DNA of 6,642 nucleotides from Verrucomicrobiota bacterium (GTDB lineage Bacteria; Verrucomicrobiota; Verrucomicrobiia; Chthoniobacterales; UBA6821): NCBI GenBank assembly GCA_008932965.1, contig WBXG01000075.1, positions 1 to 6,642 of the forward strand, read 5' to 3'. Shown piece by piece: positions 6,390 to 6,642 of this stretch (position 1 is its first letter; each line of letters starts with the position of its first letter). The notes under the pieces were generated by a model. It saw only the letters and a program-made list of their open reading frames with translations, ran no database searches and was not told where the DNA came from. The position numbers and the translations under genes were made by a program.

Positions 6390-6484
6390 GCGTCAGGGGC
6401 TACGAAGTAAGAACTAGCGAACCCCGCCAGGGCAGGAATGCAGCAACGGCAGTTAGCTTCCTACTGTCGTAGTCCTCTGACACT
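6390..6484 (+). ncRNA. ffs: signal recognition particle RNA, small (4.5S) type
   Basis: The domain IV core is canonical: 5' loop AGG (6429-6431), stem GCA/UGC (6432-6434/6439-6441), GGAA tetraloop (6435-6438) and 3' loop AGCA (6442-6445), then GCC/GGC (6426-6428/6448-6450). The ends form a long helix, with GUCAGGGGCUACG (6392-6404) pairing to CGUAGUCCUCUGAC (6468-6481). The exact ends are uncertain by a few nt. Confidence 0.85.
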
Positions 6485-6490
6485 TTTTTT
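6467..6490 (+). terminator. intrinsic terminator-like end of ffs (3' arm of the terminal helix plus a T7 run)
   Basis: The 3' arm of the SRP RNA closing helix is followed 2 nt later by TTTTTTT at 6484-6490. Confidence 0.45.
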
Positions 6491-6531
6491 AATCTATATT
6501 GAAACGAGCCTTGGAAAGAGAAGGAGTCTAG

Positions 6532-6642
6532 CCCGCATATTTCCTACCGATCTACTACGGAAGCCGGGAAGTCAGATGGATGCTGCGTTAGACTCCCATT
6601 TTGATTTGGGCAGTATGTACACATACAGCCCTGCATCAAAAT
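6532..6642 (+). repeat. structured intergenic repeat, copy B (truncated by the window end)
   Basis: 6537-6642 aligns gaplessly to 2281-2386. The first 37 nt have 9 mismatches, and the remaining 69 nt have a single mismatch (C at 6626 versus T at 2370). The left end CCCGCATATTTCCTAC (6532-6547) equals the reverse complement of the right end of copy A (GTATGAAATATGCGGG, 2436-2451) with one mismatch. Confidence 0.8.

Noticed and set aside
2281-6642. The two direct repeat copies as att-like boundaries of an integrated genomic island
   Set aside because: The enclosed block contains core housekeeping genes (ffs, tsaE, tsaB, hpt) and no integrase or recombinase. Only the effector gene looks compositionally foreign. 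A dispersed repeat family is the simpler explanation.
1-6642. A search by eye for CRISPR arrays, tRNA or rRNA genes, transposase or integrase genes, toxin-antitoxin pairs and known defence-system genes
   Set aside because: I found no regularly spaced short repeats, no tRNA cloverleaf-like segments, and no ORF with recombinase, nuclease or toxin motifs. The only non-coding features I can support are the SRP RNA and the two repeat copies.

Overview
The window looks like a chromosomal segment from a moderately A+T-rich Gram-negative bacterium. I infer an intracellular, Chlamydiae-like lifestyle from three things: a type III secretion (T3S) chaperone gene, a eukaryote-like protein, and no Shine-Dalgarno sequence before any gene. 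That taxonomic call is not proven. The + strand carries the 3' end of aspartokinase (1-204) and a complete transketolase (302-2275). A ~166-bp structured repeat with terminal inverted repeats fills the convergent gap to hpt. The - strand carries six co-directional, tightly spaced genes: tsaE (6319-5858), tsaB (5877-5227), a small acidic CesT/SycE-like chaperone (5138-4683), a 279-aa protein (4655-3816), a 249-aa exported protein of unknown function (3771-3022) and hpt (3025-2474). On the + strand a ~95-nt 4.5S-type SRP RNA not in the ORF track (~6390-6484) runs divergent to tsaE. A second, same-orientation copy of the repeat follows and is cut off by the window end. The main finding is the chaperone plus 279-aa gene pair. 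The last ~60 residues of the 279-aa protein form a gapless, full-register eukaryotic R-SNARE (synaptobrevin-type) motif with a zero-layer Arg, no transmembrane anchor follows it, and the gene is clearly more A+T-rich than its neighbours. I read this as a candidate T3S-delivered soluble R-SNARE mimic. All homology statements come from my own recognition of motifs, and reference sequences are recalled from memory. No searches were run.
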